The notes beneath the pieces were generated by a model, which did not search any database, was not told the DNA's origin, and saw only the letters and a program-made list of their open reading frames with translations. The translations under genes were made by a program, and so were the position numbers. Source: Faecalimonas sp. (GTDB taxonomy: Bacteria; Bacillota; Clostridia; Lachnospirales; Lachnospiraceae). From it: 64,000 bases of DNA. Position 1 is the first letter of the stretch. Every line of letters starts with the position of its first letter. Location of the stretch: positions 17,914 through 81,913 of the forward strand of contig JBGVGF010000030.1 of NCBI GenBank assembly GCA_045121495.1. Reading direction: 5' to 3'. Shown here piece by piece: positions 20,731-30,416 of this stretch.

Positions 20731-21090
20731 ATGTTATTTATCGAATATCCAAAATGTACAACTTGTAAAAAAGCAAAAAAATGGCTGGATGATAATGGGA
20801 TAGCGTATACAGACCGCCATATAAAGGAAGAAAATCCTACCGCAGAAGAATTAAAAGAGTGGCATAAGAAAAGTGGACTTCCTCTTAAAAAGTTCTTTAA
20901 TACAAGTGGACTCTTATATAAAGAGATGGGGCTGAAGGATAAGATTCCAACGATGTCGGAAGAAGAACAATATCAGTTGCTTGCTACAGACGGGATGTTG
21001 GTAAAAAGACCGATCATTGTAGATGGTGAAGCAGTATTAGTAGGTTTTAAAGAAGATACCTTGGAAATATTTGTAAAAAAAACGTGCTAA
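20731..21090 (+). CDS. ArsC/Spx family protein
   Basis: YPKCTTCKKA, FFNTSG, MLVKRPI. Confidence 0.88.
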   Translation: MLFIEYPKCTTCKKAKKWLDDNGIAYTDRHIKEENPTAEELKEWHKKSGLPLKKFFNTSGLLYKEMGLKDKIPTMSEEEQYQLLATDGMLVKRPIIVDGEAVLVGFKEDTLEIFVKKTC

Positions 21091-21093
21091 CAC

Positions 21094-21147
21094 TTGACAA
21101 TCACAGGTTTCAGTGCTAATCTACTAGTTGAAGTTAGTTGGAACTAA
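21094..21147 (+). promoter_or_regulatory. feo promoter with downstream palindromic operator
   Basis: TTGACA-17-TAATCT (21094-21122); palindrome TTAGTT-GG-AACTAA (21134-21147). Confidence 0.7.
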
Positions 21148-21173
21148 TTTTTTCTTGAAATCGGGAGGATGTT

Positions 21174-21386
21174 ATGAACTTAACAGAAGCACAGACAGGA
21201 GAAGAATATATAATTAAAGAGATTTTGACAGATGATGATGAATTGAACGCATTCTTGTTTTCTTTAGGATGTTACAGTGGAGAACCAATTACTGTTGTGT
21301 CGCGCAAGAAAAAGAACTGTGTTGTTTCAATTAAAGATGGAAGATATAACATCGACAATCAATTGGCAGAAGCAATTATTATATAA
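21174..21386 (+). CDS. feoA: Ferrous iron transport protein A
   Basis: 70 aa, FLFSLGCYSG, upstream of feoB. Confidence 0.88.
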   Translation: MNLTEAQTGEEYIIKEILTDDDELNAFLFSLGCYSGEPITVVSRKKKNCVVSIKDGRYNIDNQLAEAIII

Positions 21387-21519
21387 AAATTTAATGTGGT
21401 GAGGAGTCACCACATATATTTTTAAAACTTGGTTAGTCTATGCTATCCTTGGTTAGAAGATTATGATTCTATAAAAACTCTAATTGGTGAGAATGAATGA
21501 GAAAGAGGAGGAAATCCAA

Positions 21520-23526
21520 ATGAGAATTGCTTTAGCAGGTAATCCAAACAGTGGTAAAACTACTATGTACAATGCGCTCACAGGCAGAAATGAACGTGTT
21601 GGTAACTGGGCTGGTGTTACAGTAGACAAAAAAGAGCACCAAATCAAGAAAAACTATTATAATGGAAGTGAAGAATTAATCGCAGTAGACCTTCCGGGCG
21701 CATATTCGATGTCACCATTTACATCAGAGGAAAGTATCACAAGCGGTTATGTAAAAAATGAGAATCCAGATGCAATTATTAACATCGTGGATGCTACAAA
21801 CTTAAGCCGTAGCTTATTCTTCACAACACAATTATTAGAATTAGGAATTCCAGTAGTTGTAGCGTTAAATAAGAGCGACGTAAATGCTAAGAAAGAAACA
21901 AAGATTAATGCAGCTGCATTATCTAAGAAATTAGGATGCCCTGTAATTGAAACAGTTTCTACAACAGCAAATGACAAAGGTTTGTCAGAAGTAGTAAAAG
22001 CAGCAACTGGTTTAAAAGGTGCTGGACAAAAAGCTCCATATGTACAAGGAGATATTAACTTACATGACAAAGCTGAAGTAGAAGCAGCAGATAGAAAGCG
22101 TTTCGAATTCGTAAACAAAATCGTCAAAGAAGTTGAAACACGTAAAGTATTTACAAAAGACCACAATTTCCAAGATAAAATTGATACAGTTATTACAAAT
22201 CCAATCCTTGGTATTTTGATTTTTATTGCAGTAATGTTCCTTGTATTTGATATTTCACAATCAACATTCGGACCATTCTTAGCAGATACCTTAGTAGGCT
22301 GGATTGAAACATTCCAAGGCTGGGTAGCAGAATTAGTATCAGGTGCTTCACCATTCTTACAGGCACTCTTAGTAGATGGTATCATCGGCGGTGTAGGTGC
22401 AGTAGTTGGTTTCTTACCACTCGTAATGGTAATGTACTTCTTAATTGCTTTATTAGAAGACTGCGGTTATATGGCACGTGCTACAGTTGTATTAGACCCA
22501 ATCTTCAAACGCGTTGGTTTATCTGGTAAATCAGTTATCCCTATGGTAATCGGTACAGGTTGTGCAATCCCTGGTATCATGGCTTGCCGTACAATCCGTA
22601 ATGAAAGAGAGCGTAGAGCAACAGCAATGTTAACACCATTTATGCCATGTGGTGCTAAACTCCCAGTTATCGCATTATTTGCAGGTGCATTCTTCGCAGA
22701 TGCTTCTTGGGTAGGAACATTAATGTACTTTGTAGGTATCTTATTAATCTTCTTTGGTGCATTATTGGTAAATAAAATTACAGGATACAAATATAGAAAA
22801 TCATTCTTTATCATGGAACTTCCAGAATATAAGATTCCAAGCTTAAAGAGAGCATTTGTTTCTATGTGTTCACGTGGTTGGGCTTATATTGTTAAGGCTG
22901 GTACAGTTATCCTTGTATGTAACACAGTAGTACAAATCATGCAATCATTTAACTGGAGCTTACAACTTGTAGAAGAAGGTGCAGAAAGCACATCAATTCT
23001 TGCTTCAATTGCTTCTCCAATCGCTGTACTATTAGTACCAATCGTTGGTATCACAGCATGGCAGTTGGCAGCGGCAGCAGTTACAGGTTTCATCGCAAAA
23101 GAAAACGTTGTTGGTACATTAGCAGTTTGTTATGCATTAACAAACTTTATCGATACAGATGAATTAGCATTAGTTGGTGGAGCAAACGAAGTAGCAGTAG
23201 CTATGGGACTCACAAAAGCAGCAGCTTTAGCCTACTTAATGTTCAACCTCTTCACACCACCATGTTTCGCGGCTTTGGGTGCTATGAACTCAGAAATGCA
23301 GGATAGAAAATGGTTATGGGGTGGTATTGGACTTCAATTTGCAACAGGTTATGTAGTAGCATTCCTTGTATACCAAATTGGTACACTTGTTACAACAGGA
23401 ACAGTTGGTGTAGGTTTTGTTCCAGGTCTTATCGCGGCAGCTGCAATTGTTACTATCATTGTTGCAGTTGTGAGAAAATCGGAAAAGAAATTTGAGGCTG
23501 AATATGCTTTAAAGAAAGCTGTATAG
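21520..23526 (+). CDS. feoB: Ferrous iron transporter B
   Basis: GNPNSGKT, GNWAGVTV, DLPGAYS, gate motifs PFMPCGAKLP; GAGGAGG RBS before 21520. Confidence 0.95.
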   Translation: MRIALAGNPNSGKTTMYNALTGRNERVGNWAGVTVDKKEHQIKKNYYNGSEELIAVDLPGAYSMSPFTSEESITSGYVKNENPDAIINIVDATNLSRSLFFTTQLLELGIPVVVALNKSDVNAKKETKINAAALSKKLGCPVIETVSTTANDKGLSEVVKAATGLKGAGQKAPYVQGDINLHDKAEVEAADRKRFEFVNKIVKEVETRKVFTKDHNFQDKIDTVITNPILGILIFIAVMFLVFDISQSTFGPFLADTLVGWIETFQGWVAELVSGASPFLQALLVDGIIGGVGAVVGFLPLVMVMYFLIALLEDCGYMARATVVLDPIFKRVGLSGKSVIPMVIGTGCAIPGIMACRTIRNERERRATAMLTPFMPCGAKLPVIALFAGAFFADASWVGTLMYFVGILLIFFGALLVNKITGYKYRKSFFIMELPEYKIPSLKRAFVSMCSRGWAYIVKAGTVILVCNTVVQIMQSFNWSLQLVEEGAESTSILASIASPIAVLLVPIVGITAWQLAAAAVTGFIAKENVVGTLAVCYALTNFIDTDELALVGGANEVAVAMGLTKAAALAYLMFNLFTPPCFAALGAMNSEMQDRKWLWGGIGLQFATGYVVAFLVYQIGTLVTTGTVGVGFVPGLIAAAAIVTIIVAVVRKSEKKFEAEYALKKAV

Positions 23527-23556
23527 TTTAATAAGAGTTTATAAGGAGTTGTCAGT

Positions 23557-23721
23557 ATGCAAAATATCATTCTTGTAGCAGTTCTTGTGATAATTGTCGG
23601 AGCGGCAGTAGTTTACATAGTAAAAGAGAAGAAAAAGGGTACAAAATGCATAGGCTGTCCAGCAGCGGCTGCATGTGCTCAGAAACAAGGCGGATGTAGT
23701 TGCCATACAGAGACAAAATAA
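23557..23721 (+). CDS. FeoB-associated Cys-rich membrane protein (54 aa, not in ORF track)
   Basis: MQNIILVAVLVIIVGAAVVYIVKEKKKGTKCIGCPAAAACAQKQGGCSCHTETK; AAGGAG RBS. Confidence 0.88.
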   Translation: MQNIILVAVLVIIVGAAVVYIVKEKKKGTKCIGCPAAAACAQKQGGCSCHTETK

Positions 23722-23729
23722 AATGGATT

Positions 23730-23762
23730 AAAAAGAGGATGTGCATCGCACATCCTTTTTTA
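23730..23762. terminator. Bidirectional terminator
   Basis: AGGATGTGC / GCACATCCT flanked by A and T runs. Confidence 0.8.
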
Positions 23763-24143
23763 TTGTCTTTCTAAAAATGAATTTACGTGTTTTTTAATGG
23801 CTTCAAAGCTTTCCACGCTGAGAACATGTTCCAGCTTACAAGCATCTTCAGAAGCAATGTCTTCTGGTACTCCGAGTTTTGTGAGCCATAAAGACAGTAG
23901 CTGGTGTCGCTCACGAATCATTTCTGCAATCGCACGTCCTGATTCTGTAAGATAAATAAATCCTGCATCAGTTACAGTAATATGTTCCTTTTCACGAAGA
24001 TTTTTCATAGCGACACTGACACTTGATTTTTTAAATCCTAATTCGTTTGCAATGTCTACAGAGCGTACAACAGGAAGTTTTCCGCTTAGTACTAAAATTG
24101 TTTCTAAATAATTTTCTGCTGATTCATTAATATGTGCTGCCAT
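23760..24143 (-). CDS. DtxR/MntR-family metal-dependent repressor (short form)
   Basis: ESAENYLETI, RSVDIA, SVSVAMKNL, EDACKLEH. Confidence 0.9.
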   Translation of the reverse strand: MAAHINESAENYLETILVLSGKLPVVRSVDIANELGFKKSSVSVAMKNLREKEHITVTDAGFIYLTESGRAIAEMIRERHQLLSLWLTKLGVPEDIASEDACKLEHVLSVESFEAIKKHVNSFLERQ

Positions 24144-24155
24144 AGTTTTCCCCCT

Positions 24156-25163
24156 TTAACATCCAAATTTCTTTGCTGCGTCCTTTAACATCTCGCGTAT
24201 TGGTAAATTGTAAGGACATCTAGGTTCGCAGGCGCCGCATTCAATACAGTCACTGGCTTTTACAGTCATTGCATTGTAGCGTCCTTTTGCCCATTCTCCA
24301 AGACCATATCGATCTAAGTAGCCTTGGAACAAAAATACACCAGAAATATTCAGACCCACTGTACATGGTTGACAATAGTTGCAGCGGCGACAGAAATTAC
24401 TTCCAAGCTGGTTGCGAATATCATTCATCTTAGTCAATTCTGTCTCAGAAAGTGGAGAAATATCTTCCACCGCTTCCAAATTCATATCAATCTCTTTTAA
24501 ATCATACATTCCTGGGATGACAACAGATACATCTGGATTCGCACAGATAAATCGAAGAGCTAAGTTCGCATCTTCAATTGCACCACCTGCAAGTGGCTTC
24601 ATAACAACAAAACCAATATTCTTTTCTGCACATTTGTGAATCAGGGCTTCACCCTGTGTTTCTACGATATTGTATGGGAACATAAATGTCTCCACCCAAT
24701 CGAGTTCCACTGCTTTTTCAAACAGTTCCATGGTATGACCTGTAAGTCCGATGTGGCCAATTTTGCCGGCTTCTTTTGCTTCGAAAAGAGCTTCCAAAGC
24801 ACCGCCTTTTGCCATGACCTGGTCGAGCTGTGCCACATTTGGATTATGTACCTGATAGATATCAATATAATCCGTTCTCAAATTCTTTAAGCTTGTTTCA
24901 ATGTCAGCGGCCATTGCTTCCTTTGTACGAGCCATACTTTTTGTGGCAAGAATAAATTTGTCACGGCACCCTTCCAGAGCTTCGCCAAGAAAACTTTCAC
25001 TTACTGTGTATCCACGAGCTGTATCAATATAATTAATCCCCTTTTGAACCATAGCCTGTACCAGTTCTCTGGTGGCAGCTGCGTCTACCCTTTGAATAGG
25101 AATACCGCCGAAACCGAGACGGGATATTTTCAGACCTGTTTTCCCAAGAGTTACATATTCCAT
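24156..25163 (-). CDS. Aldo/keto reductase with C-terminal 4Fe-4S motif
   Basis: LGFGGIPIQ, DTARGY, MKPLAGG, CRRCNYCQPC, CIECGACEPRCP. Confidence 0.9.
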   Translation of the reverse strand: MEYVTLGKTGLKISRLGFGGIPIQRVDAAATRELVQAMVQKGINYIDTARGYTVSESFLGEALEGCRDKFILATKSMARTKEAMAADIETSLKNLRTDYIDIYQVHNPNVAQLDQVMAKGGALEALFEAKEAGKIGHIGLTGHTMELFEKAVELDWVETFMFPYNIVETQGEALIHKCAEKNIGFVVMKPLAGGAIEDANLALRFICANPDVSVVIPGMYDLKEIDMNLEAVEDISPLSETELTKMNDIRNQLGSNFCRRCNYCQPCTVGLNISGVFLFQGYLDRYGLGEWAKGRYNAMTVKASDCIECGACEPRCPYNLPIREMLKDAAKKFGC

Positions 25164-25289
25164 GATTCTCCTCCTCATATATCAATCTGTTTTAAGGCAT
25201 TTTTATTAGTATACCACGATTTGATCCATTTGTATATCTGTTAAGTTTTGCGGAATTATGATAAAATGAAGCGGACAGGAGGGATTTTT

Positions 25290-27149
25290 ATGAATAGGGA
25301 TAATAGAAAGTTAACCATGGAAAGTAAGATTGGAGAACTTTATGCATCGCCTATCGGGCATGATGCAATTTATAAAGTATTATTACAATTAGGAATTTCG
25401 GAAAAGGTGATTCAAAATCCAATTATTGCCAATTTGAGACTGGGTACGGTGGCTTCTCTGACAAAAAGACAGTTGGGACAAGGATTTTTTGATACATTAC
25501 TTCAATTGGTTAATATAGAAAAAGATACTCCTGTAAAAGGAGACGGCCCAATTATTGAAAAGTGGTGGAAAGAAGCTGTGTTTTATCAGATCTATCCAAG
25601 AAGCTTTTATGATACGAACAATGATGGAATTGGGGATTTGCGTGGGATTATCGAGAAGCTTGATTATTTACAAGAGCTAGGAGTAACTGCGCTTTGGTTA
25701 TCGCCTATTTATGACTCTCCAAATGATGACAATGGTTATGATATCCGTGATTATCGTAAAATCATGACAGAATTTGGAACAATGGAAGAGTTCGATGAAC
25801 TTTTAGAGAAGGCGCATGAAAAAGGGATTCGTCTGATTATGGATCTGGTGATCAATCACACTTCTGATGAGCATGAATGGTTTCAAAAGGCACTTAAAGA
25901 CCCAGAAAGCAAATATCATGATTATTATATCTTCCAAAAAGATGATGGAAGCAAGAAAGAACCGAATAACTGGACTTCATTTTTTTCGGGATCCGCGTGG
26001 AATTATTATGAAGATTTGGAAGAGTGGGCGCTTCATCTATTTTCAAAAAAACAGATGGATCTAAATTGGGAAAATGAAGAGATGCGCAATGACATTATCG
26101 ATATGATCAACTGGTGGTTGGATAAAGGTGTAGATGGTTTCCGTATGGATGTAATTAATTATATTTCGAAGGAAGATGGCCTGCCGGACGGAGATGAAAC
26201 GATTGGTTCTATGATGGGATATCCGGGAATCGAGCATTATTATTATGGCCCAAAGCTGCATCAATTCTTGCATGAAATCAGAGAAAAGGCATTTGAACCA
26301 CATGAAGCATTTTCTGTTGGGGAGACACCAGGGATTGGGATGAAGATGTCTCAGCTTATCACTGGAGAAGAACGAAAAGAACTGGATATGGTATTTTCGT
26401 TTGACCATTTAGAAACACCGGGGCACGTGCGCTTTGATGACTATGAATATGATTTGAATTATTATAGAGATTATATGATTGACTGGATGACGAATTATGG
26501 TAACAATTGTTGGATGTCTGTTTTTTACAACAACCATGATAATCCGAGAATGGTAAGTAAAATTACAAATGACAGTCAATATCATACTGCAATTGAAAAA
26601 TTGCTTGCAGTCATGCAGTTAACAATGAAAGGAACACCATTTATCTTTCAGGGAGATGAGATGGGACTTACGAATTATGACTTTACATCAATGAAACAGA
26701 TTACAGATGTAGAGGCGAAAGGTTATTATAAAGAGTTTGCGGAAAAGAAGGGCGCTGAAGAAGCATTTAGGACGATTCTTGCCGGAACGAGAGAACATGC
26801 ACGTGTGCTTCTTCCATGGAATGATAGTGTGAATCCATGTCATGTTGGATTGCAGCAGGAGATTAAGCAGGAAATTACGGAAGTCTATAAAAAACTGATT
26901 GCGCTTCGAAAGGAAAATAAAGCTCTTATATATGGAAGTTTTGAAGTACTTGACCAAAGAAAAGACCGATTTACATATAGACGCAGATGGAAGGGGCAGA
27001 CATTTATTGTGGATTGTAATCTTGGTAAAAATAAACAAAAAGCCTATATTTCAAAAGGTAAATATGAATTGGTGTATGGAAGTGAAGGAGAGGCTGGTAA
27101 TTTCTTAAAACCATATGAAGCACGTATCTGGATAAAGAAGCGTGTCTAG
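25290..27149 (+). CDS. GH13 alpha-glucosidase / oligo-1,6-glucosidase with N-terminal extension
   Basis: YQIYPRSF, DNGYDIRDY, DLVINHTS, DGFRMDVIN, NHD; GGAGG RBS. Confidence 0.9.
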   Translation: MNRDNRKLTMESKIGELYASPIGHDAIYKVLLQLGISEKVIQNPIIANLRLGTVASLTKRQLGQGFFDTLLQLVNIEKDTPVKGDGPIIEKWWKEAVFYQIYPRSFYDTNNDGIGDLRGIIEKLDYLQELGVTALWLSPIYDSPNDDNGYDIRDYRKIMTEFGTMEEFDELLEKAHEKGIRLIMDLVINHTSDEHEWFQKALKDPESKYHDYYIFQKDDGSKKEPNNWTSFFSGSAWNYYEDLEEWALHLFSKKQMDLNWENEEMRNDIIDMINWWLDKGVDGFRMDVINYISKEDGLPDGDETIGSMMGYPGIEHYYYGPKLHQFLHEIREKAFEPHEAFSVGETPGIGMKMSQLITGEERKELDMVFSFDHLETPGHVRFDDYEYDLNYYRDYMIDWMTNYGNNCWMSVFYNNHDNPRMVSKITNDSQYHTAIEKLLAVMQLTMKGTPFIFQGDEMGLTNYDFTSMKQITDVEAKGYYKEFAEKKGAEEAFRTILAGTREHARVLLPWNDSVNPCHVGLQQEIKQEITEVYKKLIALRKENKALIYGSFEVLDQRKDRFTYRRRWKGQTFIVDCNLGKNKQKAYISKGKYELVYGSEGEAGNFLKPYEARIWIKKRV

Positions 27150-27170
27150 AAAACGAAAAGGAGTTAGAAA

Positions 27171-27344
27171 ATGTCGAATTGCGAAACATGTATGAATTAT
27201 GAATATGATGAAGAATATGAATATTATGTTTGTACCAAAAATCTGGACGAGGATGAAATGTATCATTTTATTAAAGGAGAATTCCGCAACTGCCCATATT
27301 ACCAATTTGGAGACGAATATCAGATTGTGAGAAAACAGATATGA
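27171..27344 (+). CDS. Small acidic Cys/Tyr-rich protein (57 aa, DUF6472-like; not in ORF track)
   Basis: MSNCETCMNYEYDEEYEYYVC...CPYYQFGDEYQIVRKQI; AAGGAG RBS; ATGA overlap with next gene. Confidence 0.8.
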   Translation: MSNCETCMNYEYDEEYEYYVCTKNLDEDEMYHFIKGEFRNCPYYQFGDEYQIVRKQI

Positions 27345-28336
27345 TGCAGGCACTGGCACATTTGTTGGAAGTGTTCGACTGTCAGGTATTTGAATTGTGC
27401 GGACCATTTGAAGAAGATGGGCAGATTGTTTATTATGTACCATATATGATGAATGATGCGGTAGAAGACTATTTGATCCTGAGAAATTGTCGTATGATCG
27501 GAGAATACCTCTCAGACACAGAGCTCACTCAAGAGGCTCAGATTGCGAAAGATGAATCCGGATATGTGCTGGCAGTCAGACAAGGAGAACAGAATGCGTT
27601 TACTCTGTATTTTGAAACAATTGAAGAATGTGTACAGTGTTATCAATATCATCAGATCGGTCACTTTTGGGTAAAGGGGCAGGAGCATTGGCGCCAATTG
27701 GTCTATATGATAGGAACAATCCATGATAAGCATACATTTTTGGGAGAAGCATTCTGTAATTCTGAGGAAATGGAACTGCTGCATCTGGTGGAATTTGCTC
27801 CATTTCGAGAGTGGTCACCGATTCATGGTTCTCTGGAAGAATCTTATCCGGAGACGGAGAATGGAATAGAGGCTATGGAGCGGTTGGCCAAAGAGGCAGG
27901 CGATATGGAATTTGTAAGATGGATAGGCAGATACCGTCGTTTTTCTTTGCTGCAAAGAATATCGTCAAAGATGCTTTTAAGTCCGAGGCGAGAAGCTCTT
28001 TACCAGTTAATTTATGAAAAGGTTGCAGAGGCTTCTGCAAAGTATCCGGAACGACAATATAGTGAAGAAGCGAAAGCGCAGATGGATAAGGCACGAAAAG
28101 CTGCGCAGGCAGAACTGGAATCGAGAGGGTTTCAGGGAGTTTATCCGGTATTCCAAAAAGAACATCAAAAAATTTTAGTGACGGAGGAACATCCATTTAC
28201 GATTCTAGAATGGAATCATTACAAATTTAAAATTCAATTTATGGTATCAGAATGTAAAGGTGCAAATAAATTGAATAGTGGATTTTTTAAAGGAAGAGGA
28301 AGAAAGGGATGGATAGAAGAGTATGACAAACTTTGA
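27341..28336 (+). CDS. Hypothetical protein (DUF3878-like)
   Basis: 331-aa ORF coupled on both sides; family name from recollection only. Confidence 0.65.
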   Translation: MMQALAHLLEVFDCQVFELCGPFEEDGQIVYYVPYMMNDAVEDYLILRNCRMIGEYLSDTELTQEAQIAKDESGYVLAVRQGEQNAFTLYFETIEECVQCYQYHQIGHFWVKGQEHWRQLVYMIGTIHDKHTFLGEAFCNSEEMELLHLVEFAPFREWSPIHGSLEESYPETENGIEAMERLAKEAGDMEFVRWIGRYRRFSLLQRISSKMLLSPRREALYQLIYEKVAEASAKYPERQYSEEAKAQMDKARKAAQAELESRGFQGVYPVFQKEHQKILVTEEHPFTILEWNHYKFKIQFMVSECKGANKLNSGFFKGRGRKGWIEEYDKL

Positions 28337-28865
28337 AATTTCGATATTACTGTGGATACAGGAAAATTTAAGAGGAGTGATGGATGGATTTTGGATTTTC
28401 ATTACATCTCTGGCAGATAGAGGTATCTTTTGGATTCTTGTGGGTGTTCTACTGCTTTGCTTTAAGAAAACAAGAACAACTGGTGTGACATTATTGATTG
28501 CATTACTGATCAACCATGTTATGACAAATATGATCTTGAAAGATCTGTTTGGAAGACCTCGTCCTTATATGGCGAGTACGGAAATCGTAACATTGATCAA
28601 ACAATTATCAAGTTATTCATTTCCATCGGGACACACAAGTGTTTCATTTTCCGGTGCATTGGTATTATATCGCATGATGCCAAAGAAAGTTTCTATTCCT
28701 GCGCTAATTCTCGCAGTGATGATTGGTTTTTCGAGAATGTATGTAGGTGTGCACTTTCCAACAGATGTACTTGGAGGTATTGGAGTAGGGATCATTGCAA
28801 GTACGGCAGCGTATTATTTGGTGCAGTTGATAAAAGAGAAAATAGGAGCAAAGAAGCATGGCTAA
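28323..28865 (+). CDS. PAP2-family phosphatase (undecaprenyl-PP phosphatase-like)
   Basis: KDLFGRPRP, SFPSGH, SRMYVGVHFPTDV. Confidence 0.9.
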   Translation: MTNFEISILLWIQENLRGVMDGFWIFITSLADRGIFWILVGVLLLCFKKTRTTGVTLLIALLINHVMTNMILKDLFGRPRPYMASTEIVTLIKQLSSYSFPSGHTSVSFSGALVLYRMMPKKVSIPALILAVMIGFSRMYVGVHFPTDVLGGIGVGIIASTAAYYLVQLIKEKIGAKKHG

Positions 28866-29502
28866 GACTAAGAAACAAAAATTGGCAATAGAAATCATCG
28901 AGCGTCTTCGCGCTGAATACCCGGATGCAGGATGTACATTAGACTATGATGAAGCGTGGAAACTTCTGGTGAGCGTAAGACTTGCAGCGCAGTGTACAGA
29001 CGAGCGTGTGAACGTCGTTGTGGAAAAATTATATGAAAAATACCCGGATGTACGTTCTTTAGCAGACGCAGATGTGGAAAACATTGAAGAAATTGTCCGT
29101 CCTTGTGGATTAGGCAAGAGCAAAGCACGAGATATCAGTGCTTGTATGAAGATTTTAAGAGACAAATATGACTGCCAGATTCCAAAGACATTTAATGAAT
29201 TGCTTGCACTGCCGGGTGTAGGAAGAAAAAGTGCGAATCTGATTATGGGAGACGTATTTGGAGAGCCGGCAATCGTAACAGATACTCATTGTATCCGTCT
29301 GACAAACCGTATGGGATTAGTGGATGGAATTAAGGAACCTAAAAAAGTGGAGATGGAGCTTTGGAAAATCATCCCGCCAGAAGAAGGAAGTGATTTCTGC
29401 CACAGACTGGTTTACCATGGAAGGGCAGTCTGCACAGCACGTACAAATCCATATTGTGACAGATGCTGTCTACAGGATATTTGCCCAAAGATTGGTGTAT
29501 AA
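28858..29502 (+). CDS. nth: Endonuclease III
   Basis: LAAQCTD, LPGVGRKSAN, VTDTH, C-terminal 4Fe-4S Cys motif. Confidence 0.93.
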   Translation: MAKTKKQKLAIEIIERLRAEYPDAGCTLDYDEAWKLLVSVRLAAQCTDERVNVVVEKLYEKYPDVRSLADADVENIEEIVRPCGLGKSKARDISACMKILRDKYDCQIPKTFNELLALPGVGRKSANLIMGDVFGEPAIVTDTHCIRLTNRMGLVDGIKEPKKVEMELWKIIPPEEGSDFCHRLVYHGRAVCTARTNPYCDRCCLQDICPKIGV

Positions 29503-29580
29503 GAATTTTGTGTTGCAACATTATGGAAGAATATAGTATTATACTATGGTGTAAATAGAGAAGTACAAGGAGATAAAAAC

Positions 29581-30318
29581 ATGAGTGAAATTTTAGCAGT
29601 AGTTGCAGGCGAACAAATCACAAAAGCTGATTTAGATGTATATTTACAAGGCGTTCCGAGAGAACAACAGGCATATGCGTCACAACCTGCATTTAGAGAA
29701 CAATTCTTAGAGCAATTGATCTCATTATATTTATTTGCAAAAAAAGGTGAAGAAGACAACTTAGAAGAATCAGAAGAATTCAAAAAAGTAATGAAAAATG
29801 CAAGAAGAGAAATCTTAGCACAATTTGCTATGCGTGACATTTTAAAAAATATTGAAGTTTCTGATGAAGACTGTCAAAAATTTTATAATGCAAACCAAAG
29901 TCAATTTGCAAAAGGTGCAACAGTTAGTGCAAAACACATTTTAGTTGATACAGAAGAAAAGTGTGCTGAAATCCTAGCTGTAATTAATGCTGGTGAAAAG
30001 ACATTTGAAGATGCAGCAAAGGAATTCTCAACATGCCCATCAGGACAAAGAGGCGGAGATTTAGGTGCGTTTGGCAAAGGTCAGATGGTTCCTGAATTTG
30101 AAAAAGCTGCGTTTGAAGCAGAAGTTGGCCAAATCGTTGGCCCTGTAAAAACACAGTTCGGTGCACACTTAATCAAAGTAGAAGCAAAGAATGAAGCAGA
30201 AACAGCTGACTTTGAAGAAGTAGCAGGTCAGATCAGACAACATTTATTGCAACAAAAACAGAATAAGGTTTATACAGATGTATTAGATACCTTAAAAGAA
30301 AAATACATTCAAAAATAA
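29581..30318 (+). CDS. PpiC/parvulin-type peptidyl-prolyl isomerase
   Basis: AKHILV, FSTCPSGQRGGDLG, MVPEFEKAAF, TQFGAHLI. Confidence 0.9.
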   Translation: MSEILAVVAGEQITKADLDVYLQGVPREQQAYASQPAFREQFLEQLISLYLFAKKGEEDNLEESEEFKKVMKNARREILAQFAMRDILKNIEVSDEDCQKFYNANQSQFAKGATVSAKHILVDTEEKCAEILAVINAGEKTFEDAAKEFSTCPSGQRGGDLGAFGKGQMVPEFEKAAFEAEVGQIVGPVKTQFGAHLIKVEAKNEAETADFEEVAGQIRQHLLQQKQNKVYTDVLDTLKEKYIQK

Positions 30319-30416
30319 AGAAAAATAATTGATTTCTGAAAAGTCATTGATTATAATACAATTTATTAATTCTACAAACATATGAAATTAAGCAAATGAT
30401 AACAGGAGGAGATATC

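Noticed and set aside
30319-30416. Purine riboswitch upstream of guaA
   Set aside because: The leader is short and lacks the conserved purine aptamer core.
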